A stretch of 64,000 nucleotides of DNA from Schmidtea nova (lineage: Eukaryota), in NCBI GenBank assembly GCA_044892505.1, contig CM097883.1, positions 242,234,001 through 242,298,000 on the forward strand. The letters run 5' to 3'. Position numbers and translations under genes: made by a program. Every line of letters starts with the position of its first letter. The stretch's first letter is position 1. The notes beneath the pieces are model-generated. The model made no database searches and had not been told where the DNA came from. It was given only the letters and a program-made list of their open reading frames with translations. Shown here piece by piece: positions 51,067 to 63,007 of this stretch.

Positions 51067-51569
51067 TGTAGTGCCTCCGTTATTTATATGTTATTATATT
51101 ATTTAATTAAATATCAATATTTATATATTAAAATCATTTATTTAATTATTTATAAAAAGAAAAATCGATTTGTTTTAATCACAAAAAAAAGCACTTTTTT
51201 ACCTTTTTCAAAAAACAACAAGCAAGAAGCAATTTACAAAAAATGGAAGCTGCACAAATTAAAACCCAACGCAAACCACAAAGTTACCAATCGAATGTTG
51301 CAATTAAAAAGAACTCAAATCGTACGAAAGAATTCAGTGAGCACAAGAGGCGAATGAGACAATCAATCACCCCAGTTATTACTACAAGCACAAAGATAGA
51401 TATTTCTACCATTGATATTCCAGAGCGCATTAAAGACAGTTATTTCATGAAGCATAAGAAGATTAATTCAACGGTGAAAGCTGATGATATATCTGCAGCT
51501 AAGAAAGAACAATTTGTTTTATTGAATGTATTTTTTTTCGTCTTATTAATTGTTTTTGCAGCTACTAAA
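51067..51569 (+). repeat. 5' LTR
   Basis: Starts TGTAG, ends CTACTAAA, matches 56953-57455. Confidence 0.95.
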
Positions 51570-53372
51570 AATGGTGTCAGAAACCCTGATATGATATATG
51601 AGGCAAACGTCATTACGAAATTCGCAAACACCAGCATCACTTTTGAACAATTGAGACGAGATGATTCAGGTTCTTATAAATGCGCTGTTAAAGGAACTAC
51701 TGAGACCGGGTCATCAATGGAATTGGAAGCCTCGACATTTCAACCAGCCTCAGAAACTACATTCGGTCAATCAGTAGAAACAGGAAAGCGTGAAAGTGTC
51801 AATTACAACAGGCAATCAGTTGAATACTCAGTCAACATCGTCTCATTACCTGAACAATATGTCATTGGTCAAAGATTTACCATGCAATGTAAAGTTTTTC
51901 CTCAATTCAAAACTGCTAGTTATTCTTGTCCGTTGCGTAAACTCGACCTCGGCTCCGATTCCTGTGTCATTCACAGTTCCACTAACGGAGCGGCGTTGCA
52001 GCTGGAAGCATCTATTTCTCAAAACAATTGCAACAGCTATTTGGGATTATCGAGCGAGTGGTATTTTATATGTATTATTTATAATATTAAATTACATAAT
52101 ATATTATATTTATTTATATTATTTTTATTCATACTAAATTTTAAAATTATTTTTATTATCTTTCTCAAAATTCACAAATACCTTGTCCAGTTTTTTGACA
52201 CATTCAATACAAGTCACTCTCACAACCCCACTCAATCCACCATGTACAACAACGATTCTTTCGCCACTTTCCCAACATATGTCCTCACGCGTTTCAACCA
52301 CAAAACACGCCAAATCCCCATTTTCACGGATCTGCTCACTGATATCGCCACCTCCCATCTGATTAATAAGAATGAATTTTACATGACGTGCAATGGTTTC
52401 CCAGTTTCGTCACTCACCGACATTCCACCTAATGCTATAATAGAAATTCATTGCCGCGTTTTAGGAGGCGTCCGAACCACTACAGAACCGTCTTGTTCAT
52501 CCACGTCACGCCCAATTTTGTTCTTTTTGGATCCCGACGGCACACCCTCGTCGTGGTTCCGCATTTTCGAATCGCGCACGTCTTCCTTTCCGAAATCACG
52601 CGCCGATTACCTACTTGACAGCCTACCATCGGAGCTGATAGCCGAGCTTGCACCGAAAATAGCCGACGCGCTTTACGCATACAACCCGTACGATGGTCTC
52701 AAATCCCTGATAGTGTCAAAATACACCTCATCACAAACCCAAGCTCTCACAAAGCTTTTGGCACCACAAAATTACGCAGGACAGCAACCAAGCCTGTTCC
52801 TAGCACAGATTGCCCGCTCCAACGACATCGCCATTCCAGATCTGTCCAAAAACATTCAACTCTTGAAACACTAATTTATCTCCGCTCTTCCATATAATCT
52901 ACAAACCTCCCTCGCACTGGTAGACTCTGAAGACCCGTACCATCTTGCTAAAATAGCTGATCGCATTTATGCACTCCAACCCCATAAACCGCGCGCTGAT
53001 AATTACACACCACCACCGCCACCCTCCATTGTCAACGCAACACATTCACCCGAAAACCACTACACCTGCAACGTCACAAAGTATTCCAACTATACACCTC
53101 CATTACAGCAAGCACAACGCCCCAATCATCCACCTGTTACACACACACAGAACGTACAACCCACTAGCAGCACACCACTAATTTGCTATTTCCACAGCCG
53201 ATTCAAAAAGCATGCACAAAAATGCTGCATTGGTTGCGCTTACGAATTCCACAATCCTCATAGCCCAGTCATTCCAATCTGTATCTACCACCATCTATTC
53301 AAGAACGAAGCCAAATCGTGCATAGATGGATGCACTTGGCACATGACCAGTTACCTTCATGCAAAAAACTAA
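51243..53372 (+). CDS. Extended ORF1: TM - Ig-like - TM - ubiquitin-like(GG) - Gag, with one in-frame TAA at 52872
   Basis: 543 codons open from inside the LTR; gag motifs PSSWFRIFES, PYDGLK, QQPSLFL; past the stop FISALP..IADRI and two C-x2-H-x9-C knuckles. Confidence 0.85.
51572..51582 (+). promoter_or_regulatory. Primer binding site TGGTGTCAGAA
   Basis: TGG-initiated, 2 nt after the LTR; tRNA-Leu type by recollection, not checked. Confidence 0.8.
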
Positions 53373-56300
53373 CTGAGTCATCGGATATTCCTGGACGCTC
53401 CGATTACTTCCTGCCAGGGAACACTCTTCCTCACAGCAAACCACGTCCAGCGTACACAATATCAACTCCTCCAGCAAACACCATGTCAGACATGACCACT
53501 ACTCACCACGCACGTCAATTTCTTCGCACAGCTCAACTCACTACACCACTCAGCACAACCCGCACAACACAAACACAAACGCCACCTACAACAAAAACAC
53601 CATTCTCAGAACCGCCTGCATCATTACCAACATCAACGTGCATAAAACCACTAAAAGCGCCACTATCAATGCCACAAACACCACTCACCCCTCCTCACTA
53701 CGAAATTCCCACAGACAACACGAGCATCCTACCACCACCGTTACCGACCACCACCTCCACCATTAACAAAGCAACCCTGGCCACATCAATTTTAACCAGA
53801 ACTCCCGGAAATTTCACCATCACCGCCGAACTGTTAGAAGCACACGGACAACCCAAACAACGCACAATAACAGTCCTTATAGACACAGGTTCGTCATATT
53901 CAATTCTACCCACCACCTTCACTGCAGACACACCCTGCTCATCCTCCGCCATAGCCGCAAACGGTACGCACATAATGCTCTCCGGTACGAAAACAATCGA
54001 ATTTCGCCTTCCCGGCTTTTCTAAACGTTTCTCGCACTCATTTTACATTGCCGACACAACATTCCCGATTCTAGGTCTCGATTTCTTAACAACCGAAGAA
54101 GTGAACATCGACTGTAAAAACAGAAAACTGTATCAACTCCCTCATCCAGTTTCCGCGATAGTGTCGCCAAAAACAACAATCACTTTAACAACAGACAACG
54201 TAGAATCAGTCATCGCCACAAATTTCCCGAACCTCCTCACCAAGTCTACCACACACGTACCCAGCAAAGAATCCGTCCATTTCATCACCACTGTTCCGTG
54301 CACACCACAAAGCGCTCGTTCCAGGCCTCTGGCTATCAATAGACGACAGGCCGTCGAACTAGAATTTTCCGAACTCGAAGACAAAGGCATCATTCGACGC
54401 ACGTCCTCCCCATGGGCTTCCCCTATCCATGTAGTCACGAAAAAAGATGGCTCCTTCCGCCCTTGTGGTGATTTTTGAGCGTTGAACAGCGTAACGATTC
54501 ATGACGCCTACCCTATGCCTCTCATTAAGGACCTATTTTCACGTTTTTCGGGGAATACAGTCTTTTCAACGATTGACCTCGCCAAAGCATTTCACCAGTT
54601 CCCTGTAAATCCAGATGACGTTCCAAAAACAGCTGTAACTACCCCTTTCGGCAATTTCGAATACTTGTTCATGCCATTCGGCCTTAGGAATGCCGCACAA
54701 ACACTCCAACGCTTCATGGACATCACTTTCAGACATCTCAACCACACCTTCGTCTATCTAGACGATATCATTGTCGCTTCTACTGACGAATCCTCACACG
54801 CAAGAGACTTAATACAGGTTTTTGAAGTCCTCGACAAAAATAACCTTCAGATTAGCGTTGAAAAATGTCAATTCTTCAAGTCGCGCGTCCGTTTTCTAGG
54901 ACACATACTGTCCGCAGACGGATGTGAACCATTCCCAGAAAGGCTAGACATTATCCGGTCATTTCCCAAACCGTCCACGGTCACAGAGCTTCGCAGCTTT
55001 CTCGGAACTGTAAACTTCTGCCACAGATTTATCCCAAACTCGTCCCGCATTACCGCACCACTGTCAGCACTCAATCACGGCCCCAAAAAGGCTATAATAA
55101 AATGGTCCGACGAAACGGATCAGGCCTTCATCAACGTAAAAAACGCATTGACTAATATCTCAACGCTGTATTACCCACATAACGACCTGCCATTCACACT
55201 AACCACCGACGCCTCGGACATAGCAGCTGGGGCTGTTCTCCATCAGAATAAAGACAACGTTTCCCGTCCCATCGAATTCTTTTCCCGTAAATTCTCATTA
55301 GCAGAAACAAGGTACAGTGCCTTCAACAGAGAGCTACTAGCCATCGTGCTGGCCGTGAAACATTTCCGACACTTCCTAGAGGGTAGACATTTCACAATAT
55401 TCACCGACCACAAACCTCTCCTACACTGCCTCACCATGAAAGATCCATCGAATAGGGTATTTCGTCAACTAGCATTTCTATCATCGTTTGATTTCGTGAT
55501 CAAACACATAGCAGGTGGAGACAACGTCATTGCAGACTGCCTTTCGCGCGCGATCATAACCTCAATATCTTTTTCTCCTATCTTCTCGCTAGATATCCTT
55601 TCATCCACGCCTCCTTCTTAGAAAGATAATTCCAGGTTCAAAGACTCCCACAAACTCATCGACGGTGTCCATTACGACACATCTTTCAACAATACGCTAC
55701 GCCCCATTCTACACGAGTCACTTCGCAAAGAAGCGTTTTTCGCAGTTCACAACCTACACCATCCCGGCATCAAATCGACATACGCACTACTACGCCAGAA
55801 AGTCACCTGGTACGCCCTATTCAAAGACGTCAAACGATGGGTAAGTGAGTGTCAAGGGTGCCAGCAGCATAAAGTTCACAAACATGTCAAACCACCGCTC
55901 ACCCCTTTCCACACAGGATCCCGCTTCGATATTTTGCACATTGATCTCGTGGGACCACCTCCGGCGGACAACGGATTCTCCTTCATCCTTACAATGATAG
56001 ATCGTAAGACGCGCTGGTTCGAAGCAGTACCCATACCCAATATCACAGCACCCACTGTTGCAGACTACTTAGTGTCTACCTGGTTTTCCCATTACGGTAT
56101 CCCTACAACAATCATTACAGACCAAGGGCGCCACTTCGAATCGGACTTATTTAATTACCTGACAAACGCGCTAAGCATTAAACACATACGCACCTCTGCC
56201 TATCACCCACAGACCAACGGTCTCGTCGAACGTGCCCACCGCACTATCAAGACCTCACTTCGTATTCTCGCATCCTCCTCCGGATGGACAAAGTCTCTGC

Positions 56301-56902
56301 CGTTCGTTCTACTTGGATGGCACAACACACCCAATCGCTCAAGTGGAGTCTCCCCGGCACAATTACTGTTCGGCGCTAACACACGCATGCCATCAGAACT
56401 TATAGAAACAGACTCCGAATCGTCTCTCCAACAAATAAACCAGGCCCGCAGCCACTTCCTAGCTCTAGACTCAAATCCGTCCTTCACATATTCTACCTCT
56501 TACAAACCCTACATGCCGCATACTCTTACCTCAGCCTCACACGCCTGGTTAAAATGCATTGACTCATCCAGTTTGAAGCCCATGTATAAAGGACCCTACC
56601 CGATTATCAAAAGACACAAAAACACGGCCGAACTATACATAGATGGTACAACACACATCATAAACCTGAACCGCTTAAAACCGGATCTTATATTAGCGGA
56701 TCAGGACAACGAACTTCCACTACACCACCAGTCAGATGAAGATCTAACCGAAGACCCCACATTTGACCCAGACCCACAGGCTCACCAACCCTTTCCAATT
56801 CCGCAGACCGAAACATTTCGCAACCCATTGTCACACAATCGCATCCGCCGTCCTCCACAGTATCTCTCAGACTACCATCTCGATTTCCACTCAGATCCTT
56901 GA
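53318..56902 (+). pseudogene. pol (PR-RT-RNaseH-IN) in one frame with two in-frame stops
   Basis: LIDTGS, YLDD, TDASD..ELLAI, HHPG..CQGC, HIDLVGP, TDQG..ER; TGA at 54476 and TAG at 55619. Confidence 0.95.
53363..53369 (+). promoter_or_regulatory. -1 ribosomal frameshift heptamer A AAA AAC
   Basis: Immediately before the gag stop; pol is in the -1 frame. Confidence 0.85.
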
Positions 56903-56940
56903 GTTCGTTTTTTGCCTTTCCCATACGCTCCGCGTACTTC

Positions 56941-56948
56941 GGCGGGGG
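56941..56948 (+). promoter_or_regulatory. Polypurine tract
   Basis: GGCGGGGG just before the 3' LTR. Confidence 0.7.
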
Positions 56949-56952
56949 CTAT

Positions 56953-57455
56953 TGTAGTGCCTCCGTTATTTATATGTTATTATATTATTTAATTAAATAT
57001 CAATATTTATATATTAAAATCATTTATTTAATTATTTATAAAAAGAAAAATCGATTTGTTTTAATCACAAAAAAAAGCACTTTTTTACCTTTTTCAAAAA
57101 ACAACAAGCAAGAAGCAATTTACAAAAAATGGAAGCTGCACAAATTAAAACCCAACGCAAACCACAAAGTTACCAATCGAATGTTGCAATTAAAAAGAAC
57201 TCAAATCGTACGAAAGAATTCAGTGAGCACAAGAGGCGAATGAGACAATCAATCACCCCAGTTATTACTACAAGCACAAAGATAGATATTTCTACCATTG
57301 ATATTCCAGAGCGCATTAAAGACAGTTATTTCATGAAGCATAAGAAGATTAATTCAACGGTGAAAGCTGATGATATATCTGCAGCTAAGAAAGAACAATT
57401 TGTTTTATTGAATGTATTTTTTTTCGTCTTATTAATTGTTTTTGCAGCTACTAAA
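56953..57455 (+). repeat. 3' LTR
   Basis: Matches the 5' LTR. Confidence 0.95.
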
Positions 57456-57689
57456 GTTATATTAACTTAATCATAAATACTAACCTTAATTATTTATTTT
57501 ATATTTTATAAAGATTTTATTGGATGAAAAAAAATAATTTAATTTTCTTTTAAAACATGATTTTTTGTGCGAATTGAATGTTGATGAAAGGTTTGTATTT
57601 TATAATGTAAAAATTCTCGGAAGATAATCTTTGTAATGAATTTTTGAATCCCTGTTGTAGAATCTGGTATTTTGTTTCTTCTATAGATG

Positions 57690-58634
57690 GAGTTGTTTAA
57701 TGTAATTTTCCCCAGTGTTCGTAATAATTACAGGTTTTGTTTTTAGTGTGTTCATTAAGTCGGGTGCGAAAAGTTCTATGTGTTTTTATTATGTAAGTAG
57801 CGTCACATTTTTGACAAGAAAGTTTATATACTATATTTTTAGAAAAGCAAAAGCATCGGGTTGTGAAACGGCAAAGACATTTATGTTTTGAGATGTTTGA
57901 ATATGGTGGCTTTCGAATTTGTGATATTAAGGGTGCGGAGGTTATGAAAGTAGAACGAATATGGATAGGCAAATCTGTTTGGTTAAAAATGTTGGTGATT
58001 TCATTGGCTGTGGTGTCATTTAAGAAATGTAATCTTAGGTATGTTGTGTGTTTGCTATTGTTATTGTGTTTCTGTTGTTTCTTATAGTTGCGTTTATTGT
58101 GGTATTGTTCGTTAATAAAGTATTTTTTACAAATTCTTCAGGGTATCCATTTTGGAGGAATAGTATTTTGAGGTTTTCTAATGTTTCTTGTATTTTTTTA
58201 GCGTGTGAACAGTTTCTTATGGCTCTTTTTCTTTTTCCGATTAGTTATGTGATTTTGCGTTGAAGTGAAACTTGGCTTTTCCATGGGAGGATATGACCAC
58301 TATGTAAACTTTTAGAATAAAGCTCGGTGTTTGCATTTAGTGTATCTGGGCCTTTTGGGAAACTTACCATGGTATCTAAAACGGTATTTTACCTTCAGTA
58401 TTCGGTGTTTTAAAAGTGAATTGTATGTTGGTGTTAATAGAATTTGCGTGTGATAGGATTTGATTGAGAGGGATTGTGAAGACTATGAAGATGTCGTCGA
58501 TGTATCGTTTCCAGAAAAGTATTTTGTCCCCCAAAAAAAAGATATGATCTTAGATTCTATAAAGTTCATGCAGAAGATAGCTAAGATGGGAGAAAGGTTA
58601 TTACTTGTGGCTAATTCATGAGTTTGTTTGAATG
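57690..58634 (-). pseudogene. Penelope-like element, 3' part (RT C-half plus GIY-YIG)
   Basis: FKQTHELA..LSPILA, WKRYIDDIFIV, IQFT..IPFLD, NIVYKLSCQKCDATYI.KT.R.F.TRLNEH. Confidence 0.9.
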
Positions 58635-59133
58635 TGTTGGTGTGTTGTGTAACAAAAATCAAACTCTGAATCCGCTTTCTTCTCTTTCTCTTTTTACTTC
58701 GTTCTTCCTTGCTCTCTAGGGTCCAACACACACATAAAAACTTAACTGTTCATACACCCGTGAATTACCCTAATCGTTCACGTTGGAAGTGTGTATAACA
58801 GCCGATCGCAAGCCAGCAGGTGAGCTCCTTCACAAGAACTACTCCTGACTTGTCGCATCGTTCGGGTTCTAGCTTGACCGATAGAAGGTCTCGTTATAAC
58901 TCTCCTCACCCTGTATTTAGGTCTCTCATTTTGGGTGTTCGCTCTTTATTTCCTAGATTACCCTTCAGCCTATTACTTTATTATTTCTATTAATTACTTT
59001 GTTGCCTACGGTTTTACGAGTCAATGAAACTGAAGTTTATTGGTCGTTATTAATTTATTTAATCCAAGTCTGGCCTAACAAGAAATAACACATTTTTATT
59101 TAAATACATATATTTATTCCCATAACATTACAA

Positions 59134-59568
59134 TCACTGTTTGCGTTTAACGCCTGTTATTCCAACACTGTTTATATCGATGACCATTTTGTTAGCATCG
59201 ACCTCCATCCTCAGTTTCAACTGTTGTCGGCGTTGTGCGTGCGATTTCCTTCGTTTTCGCTTTGTTGTTTGCGGTATTGGTATCTCGATTTCGGTATTTG
59301 TTGATGGGTCTGGTGTGGGAAACCATCTTTCCAACGTTATTGGGCGAATTAGCTCTTTAAGGTTGTCCGTTATGAACTTCTCTGTGATGAATGATCTGCA
59401 GTTCTTTAGCTCAATTTTCAAGGCATCTATCTCTTGTTTCTGATCCTGTATAACCTGCGTCGCCCTGATCAATTCTTCCTTTACCTTCTTCATTTCTGTC
59501 GGTGAGAAATAACTGTTTTCTAGGTCGATAAGCCTCCTCTTCAACTGTCCTATAGTTTTCTCGTCCAT
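59134..59568 (-). CDS. Orphan coiled-coil protein with a basic NLS-like stretch
   Basis: Intact 144-aa ORF, heptad region, KRKRRK; AATAAA ~15 nt after the stop. Confidence 0.65.
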   Translation of the reverse strand: MDEKTIGQLKRRLIDLENSYFSPTEMKKVKEELIRATQVIQDQKQEIDALKIELKNCRSFITEKFITDNLKELIRPITLERWFPTPDPSTNTEIEIPIPQTTKRKRRKSHAQRRQQLKLRMEVDANKMVIDINSVGITGVKRKQ

Positions 59569-59939
59569 GGCTCTTTTCTTTGATGGAAGGCTGAATTTTA
59601 TTCGTAAATTTCTGGGTTAATTTTTAATCGCAAACGAGGGTATATGCACGACCCTTACTTGGTGACTAAATACATGTACCGGGTATCTCCTCCAACCCAT
59701 TCCTAAATCTACGCTTTTGTTGCTTAATCGTTAATTTTTGTATTACTCTACCGGATTTACTATCTCTTTTATTTTTATTGAATGTAGATTGGAGTATTTA
59801 CTGACTGTGGTGTCCTTACACGATGACCTTTTATTTTTATTCATTTTAACATTGTGATTATTAAACGAGTGAACAGAGGAAAAACAAATACACGACGAAA
59901 CATATAATTAATTTTTAATACAGGTGCGGTGAATCACAT

Positions 59940-60506
59940 TCAAAAATATTCGGCGATGATCTCGACCTCACTGTCGTCATCTTCCTCTTCGCTAAGCGTT
60001 GAAGGACTGTATGGTGAATCTGTCGGACTCGGAGATGGAGCCGGGGCGAACACGAATCGTCCCGTGCTCAGGAACTCTTCTTGCGGAATCTCGCCTTGAT
60101 AATAAACTTGGTATCTCCCGGGAATTTCGGTGGGAGTCTCGACAAAGTATTTCGCCTGGTTTGGCCAGCAAGGGCGATCCACGTTAATCGGCCATTCCTT
60201 GCTGCCATGCCAAATGATATCCGATGGACCGTCTCGGAACAGACTGAACGGCGGGGCAATTCCTGTCCTTTCGAACTCCTCCTTGTGCTCTTGTAGAATC
60301 TCATTGGCCAACTCAGATGGGATCGGCTTGAGTGGCATGAGCATCATTAGGTGCGTATCATACATCCGCGTCTCCTCCGCATAATCTCTCTTCCTCATCA
60401 TCTCTCCTCGGGGTCCTGTGACTTGAATTCCGATATAATTCATTGTTCGTGAATATCTAAGTATACAATATTTTGTAATTAGCAATTTATATTCCGCATC
60501 CCCCAT
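59940..60506 (-). CDS. Orphan 188-aa protein with a Pro/Ser-rich acidic tail
   Basis: Intact, GC-elevated ORF; no motif recognised. Confidence 0.65.
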   Translation of the reverse strand: MGDAEYKLLITKYCILRYSRTMNYIGIQVTGPRGEMMRKRDYAEETRMYDTHLMMLMPLKPIPSELANEILQEHKEEFERTGIAPPFSLFRDGPSDIIWHGSKEWPINVDRPCWPNQAKYFVETPTEIPGRYQVYYQGEIPQEEFLSTGRFVFAPAPSPSPTDSPYSPSTLSEEEDDDSEVEIIAEYF

Positions 60507-60902
60507 TATATGCCCTCGTGTACGCCTCAGTCACTTGTTTAGTAATTTTCAGGGAAAATAGTTATTTATTTTATGTTTCGTGATTTACGAGAGTTACCAA
60601 ATGACGCTTATGTAGGGTAAGGGTCCCGCAGTTTCCCATATTGTCAATTTGTCAATTCTCCATGAAATGTTATGTTTCAGGTTGATTATCATTCGACTGA
60701 AGTTATTTTAATTCACCAATTCAGTTGCGTTAAGCAATTAATTATGGTCATTATCTCTATAATCGTTGTGTGTGGTATTCTCGGAATCTAAAATCTACGA
60801 CCAATTATCAACTACTTGCGAGCTCTAACAGGAACTACGAAGGCATCGCTAATTGCCTTTCCGGTAATTATCCACTAATCTCAAGTTAATTGATGTCGAC
60901 TC

Positions 60903-61112
60903 ATGACTCGTGCAATTAAGGGATTGCTAATCTATCTCGTGTCTTCGGTTGCTGCATTTATCGGCTGTATCTACTTGTTATCAAAAATTCGCTCGGGTAT
61001 TGGATTGGGTTGTGAATTGCTAGAGAGATTCTCAGGCATGATTATGAAATCGTTGATAATACTATGCGCAGGAATTTTTCATATCATTTGGTGGAAATTG
61101 GTAAGCTATTAG
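60903..61112 (+). CDS. Possible small two-TM protein
   Basis: 69 aa with two hydrophobic segments; opposite strand to the other cargo ORFs. Confidence 0.25.
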   Translation: MTRAIKGLLIYLVSSVAAFIGCIYLLSKIRSGIGLGCELLERFSGMIMKSLIILCAGIFHIIWWKLVSY

Positions 61113-61750
61113 TGACGGGATTAATTCGATTTTATGCCTCAACTCTTTCATGAGCAAAACTCATTTTGCCGGCCGTAGAAACTGGCTTATATCTGTTAAA
61201 TGGACATGCGCGATTTTCTCTTGGGTTTACTTTGATCTTTTCGTGAAGCTCATCAAAATTTCAACGAACGCAGTCGCTTTGGATTTTTCTAAAATTTAGC
61301 AGGTTTCTCAGTCAACATTTTTCGCTTCCTACGAGTAATATTTAGTTTCGACGGTTTGGATGCTGTTACCGTTTCCCGACATTCACCCATTTCCTACTGT
61401 TCATAAAAAGGTCTTTACGGAGCAACCCATCTTCGCCCCGTGCCGAGACACGAAACAAAGATGAATCCCCCCGGAGAGCTGACAATCAACTGGATCGCCG
61501 AACTCTCGCATTATCTATGTGCAATTAGTGAAAACGAAATATGATTTATGATTTATAAAATTTTATTTGACATAACAAGTTACTTACAATATTCTTCCGA
61601 TTTGGTCACGATATTTCAGCAAGTTCTTCCTCGAGTGTCGTTGAATTTTCTTCGAATCGATAATGGTGTGCTTGACAGTGAAATTTTTGTGCGAGTAATA
61701 GTGTAGAGTGATTTTTAGTTGGTATAAATGACATAACATTAATTGACTGA

Positions 61751-61835
61751 CCTGAGCGCTTTCTTATATAGTAAAATCGACGCTCAGGCAGCCAATCAGA
61801 ATCGAGTAACCTTTTTATTGGTTAAACGCTCGATT
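61751..61835 (-). promoter_or_regulatory. Candidate Pol II promoter (CCAAT boxes plus TATATAAG) with inverted repeats
   Basis: CCTGAGCG/CGCTCAGG inverted repeat around the TATA box; CCAAT on both strands; AATCGAG/CTCGATT inverted repeat. Confidence 0.5.
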
Positions 61836-62362
61836 TTCTATTAATTTATTTTATTTTATTTTCCTAGGTATTATTCGTGATTATTCTATTATTTTCCGTT
61901 ATTATTCTATTATTCTCATTATTCATTTCATAATTATTCTTTTATTCTCTTTATTTCCTGATTTTTACTTAAATTTCACATGTTTGCCATTTTTCTCGCT
62001 TTTTCATTTATTATTTTTGTTTTAATTGTGCTTTTCTTGTTAATTGTCATTTTTTATTTGTTTTATTATTATTTTTTTTTACATTCTTCATTTTATCTTT
62101 ATTCTCTCATGTTTAGTTTTCACCATTATCCGTTCCTTCATCAACCCAACAACACTCGGGGACCCCTTAAGACAGCGTCACGCGTCTTAAGTTACAGCGA
62201 AAACTATTTTCAAACATTCACACTAACATGGTTATTTACATTGTACAGATTTTTCAGATGGGGTTTTAACAAGACAAGCAGATGTCACATAAGGTGACGG
62301 TCATTATACATACATTTATCAGTTCAATGGGTTTTTGTTGTTATTATCAGTTTCATTCATAG

Positions 62363-63007
62363 TTAATGTTCATTGATTCTTCGGCTCGTTGACGGTTTCT
62401 GATTTTCTTCGGGGATTTCGTATTGATCTTGATTTGGGGATTGTTTACTCATTGATCTTCGCGAATTTTTCGAATTGAGATTTGGCAGGGGTTTCGTTTC
62501 ATTGATCCTCTCCAGTTTGTAACTTGAGAAGGATTTCTTTGGGGGTTTTCTTTCTTTGGATCTTCTGTTTCTCGGGAACTTGGGTTTGTTACTTGCAAAT
62601 CTCATCTTTCTTTTGAGGATATAGGTTTGAAAAGACATCCACCCGATTAATATGACAATTACGACTGTTTTCACTGTTATAAGGGCGATAATGGCAATGA
62701 TCCATTTTTCTTGGTTTTCTTGTTCGGTTTTCACAGCTTCTTTGAGGGATTCTCAGGTTTTCTTGATTTCGGTTTGTAATTCCTTGATCCTCAGGACTTC
62801 TCGGGTTAAGGTTGGTTGAGTTTGTTCGTTGTATCCCACTTCGATTATTCTTAGTTGAGTTCTTTCTATCTCTCTTTTTATTTGGGTGAGGGTTTGCTCG
62901 ATATTTTCGAAATCGTCATTGATGATTGTTTGTAAGGGTTTTCTTTCTGCTTGACTTTGATGTATGTACACTACGACTAGGATTATCAACAAGTTTTCAG
63001 GTTTCAT
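62363..63007 (-). CDS. Type I membrane protein (signal peptide, coiled coil, TM, basic tail with YEIP); one in-frame TGA at 62753
   Basis: The two tracked ORFs are in the same frame, 7 codons apart. Confidence 0.7.

Larger units (their letters stand above)
51067..57455 (+). mobile_element. Full-length Ty3/gypsy LTR retrotransposon (Mag-like gag), 6389 bp
   Basis: Two 503-bp LTRs identical by eye, TSD GTTAT (51062-66, 57456-60), PBS, PPT, gag and PR-RT-RH-IN. Confidence 0.97.

Noticed and set aside
52061-52190. AT-rich stretch in gypsy ORF1 read as an intron
   Set aside because: The obvious GT/AG pairs give 119, 130 or 133 nt, none frame-preserving, and the unspliced frame is open; RNA data are still needed to exclude it
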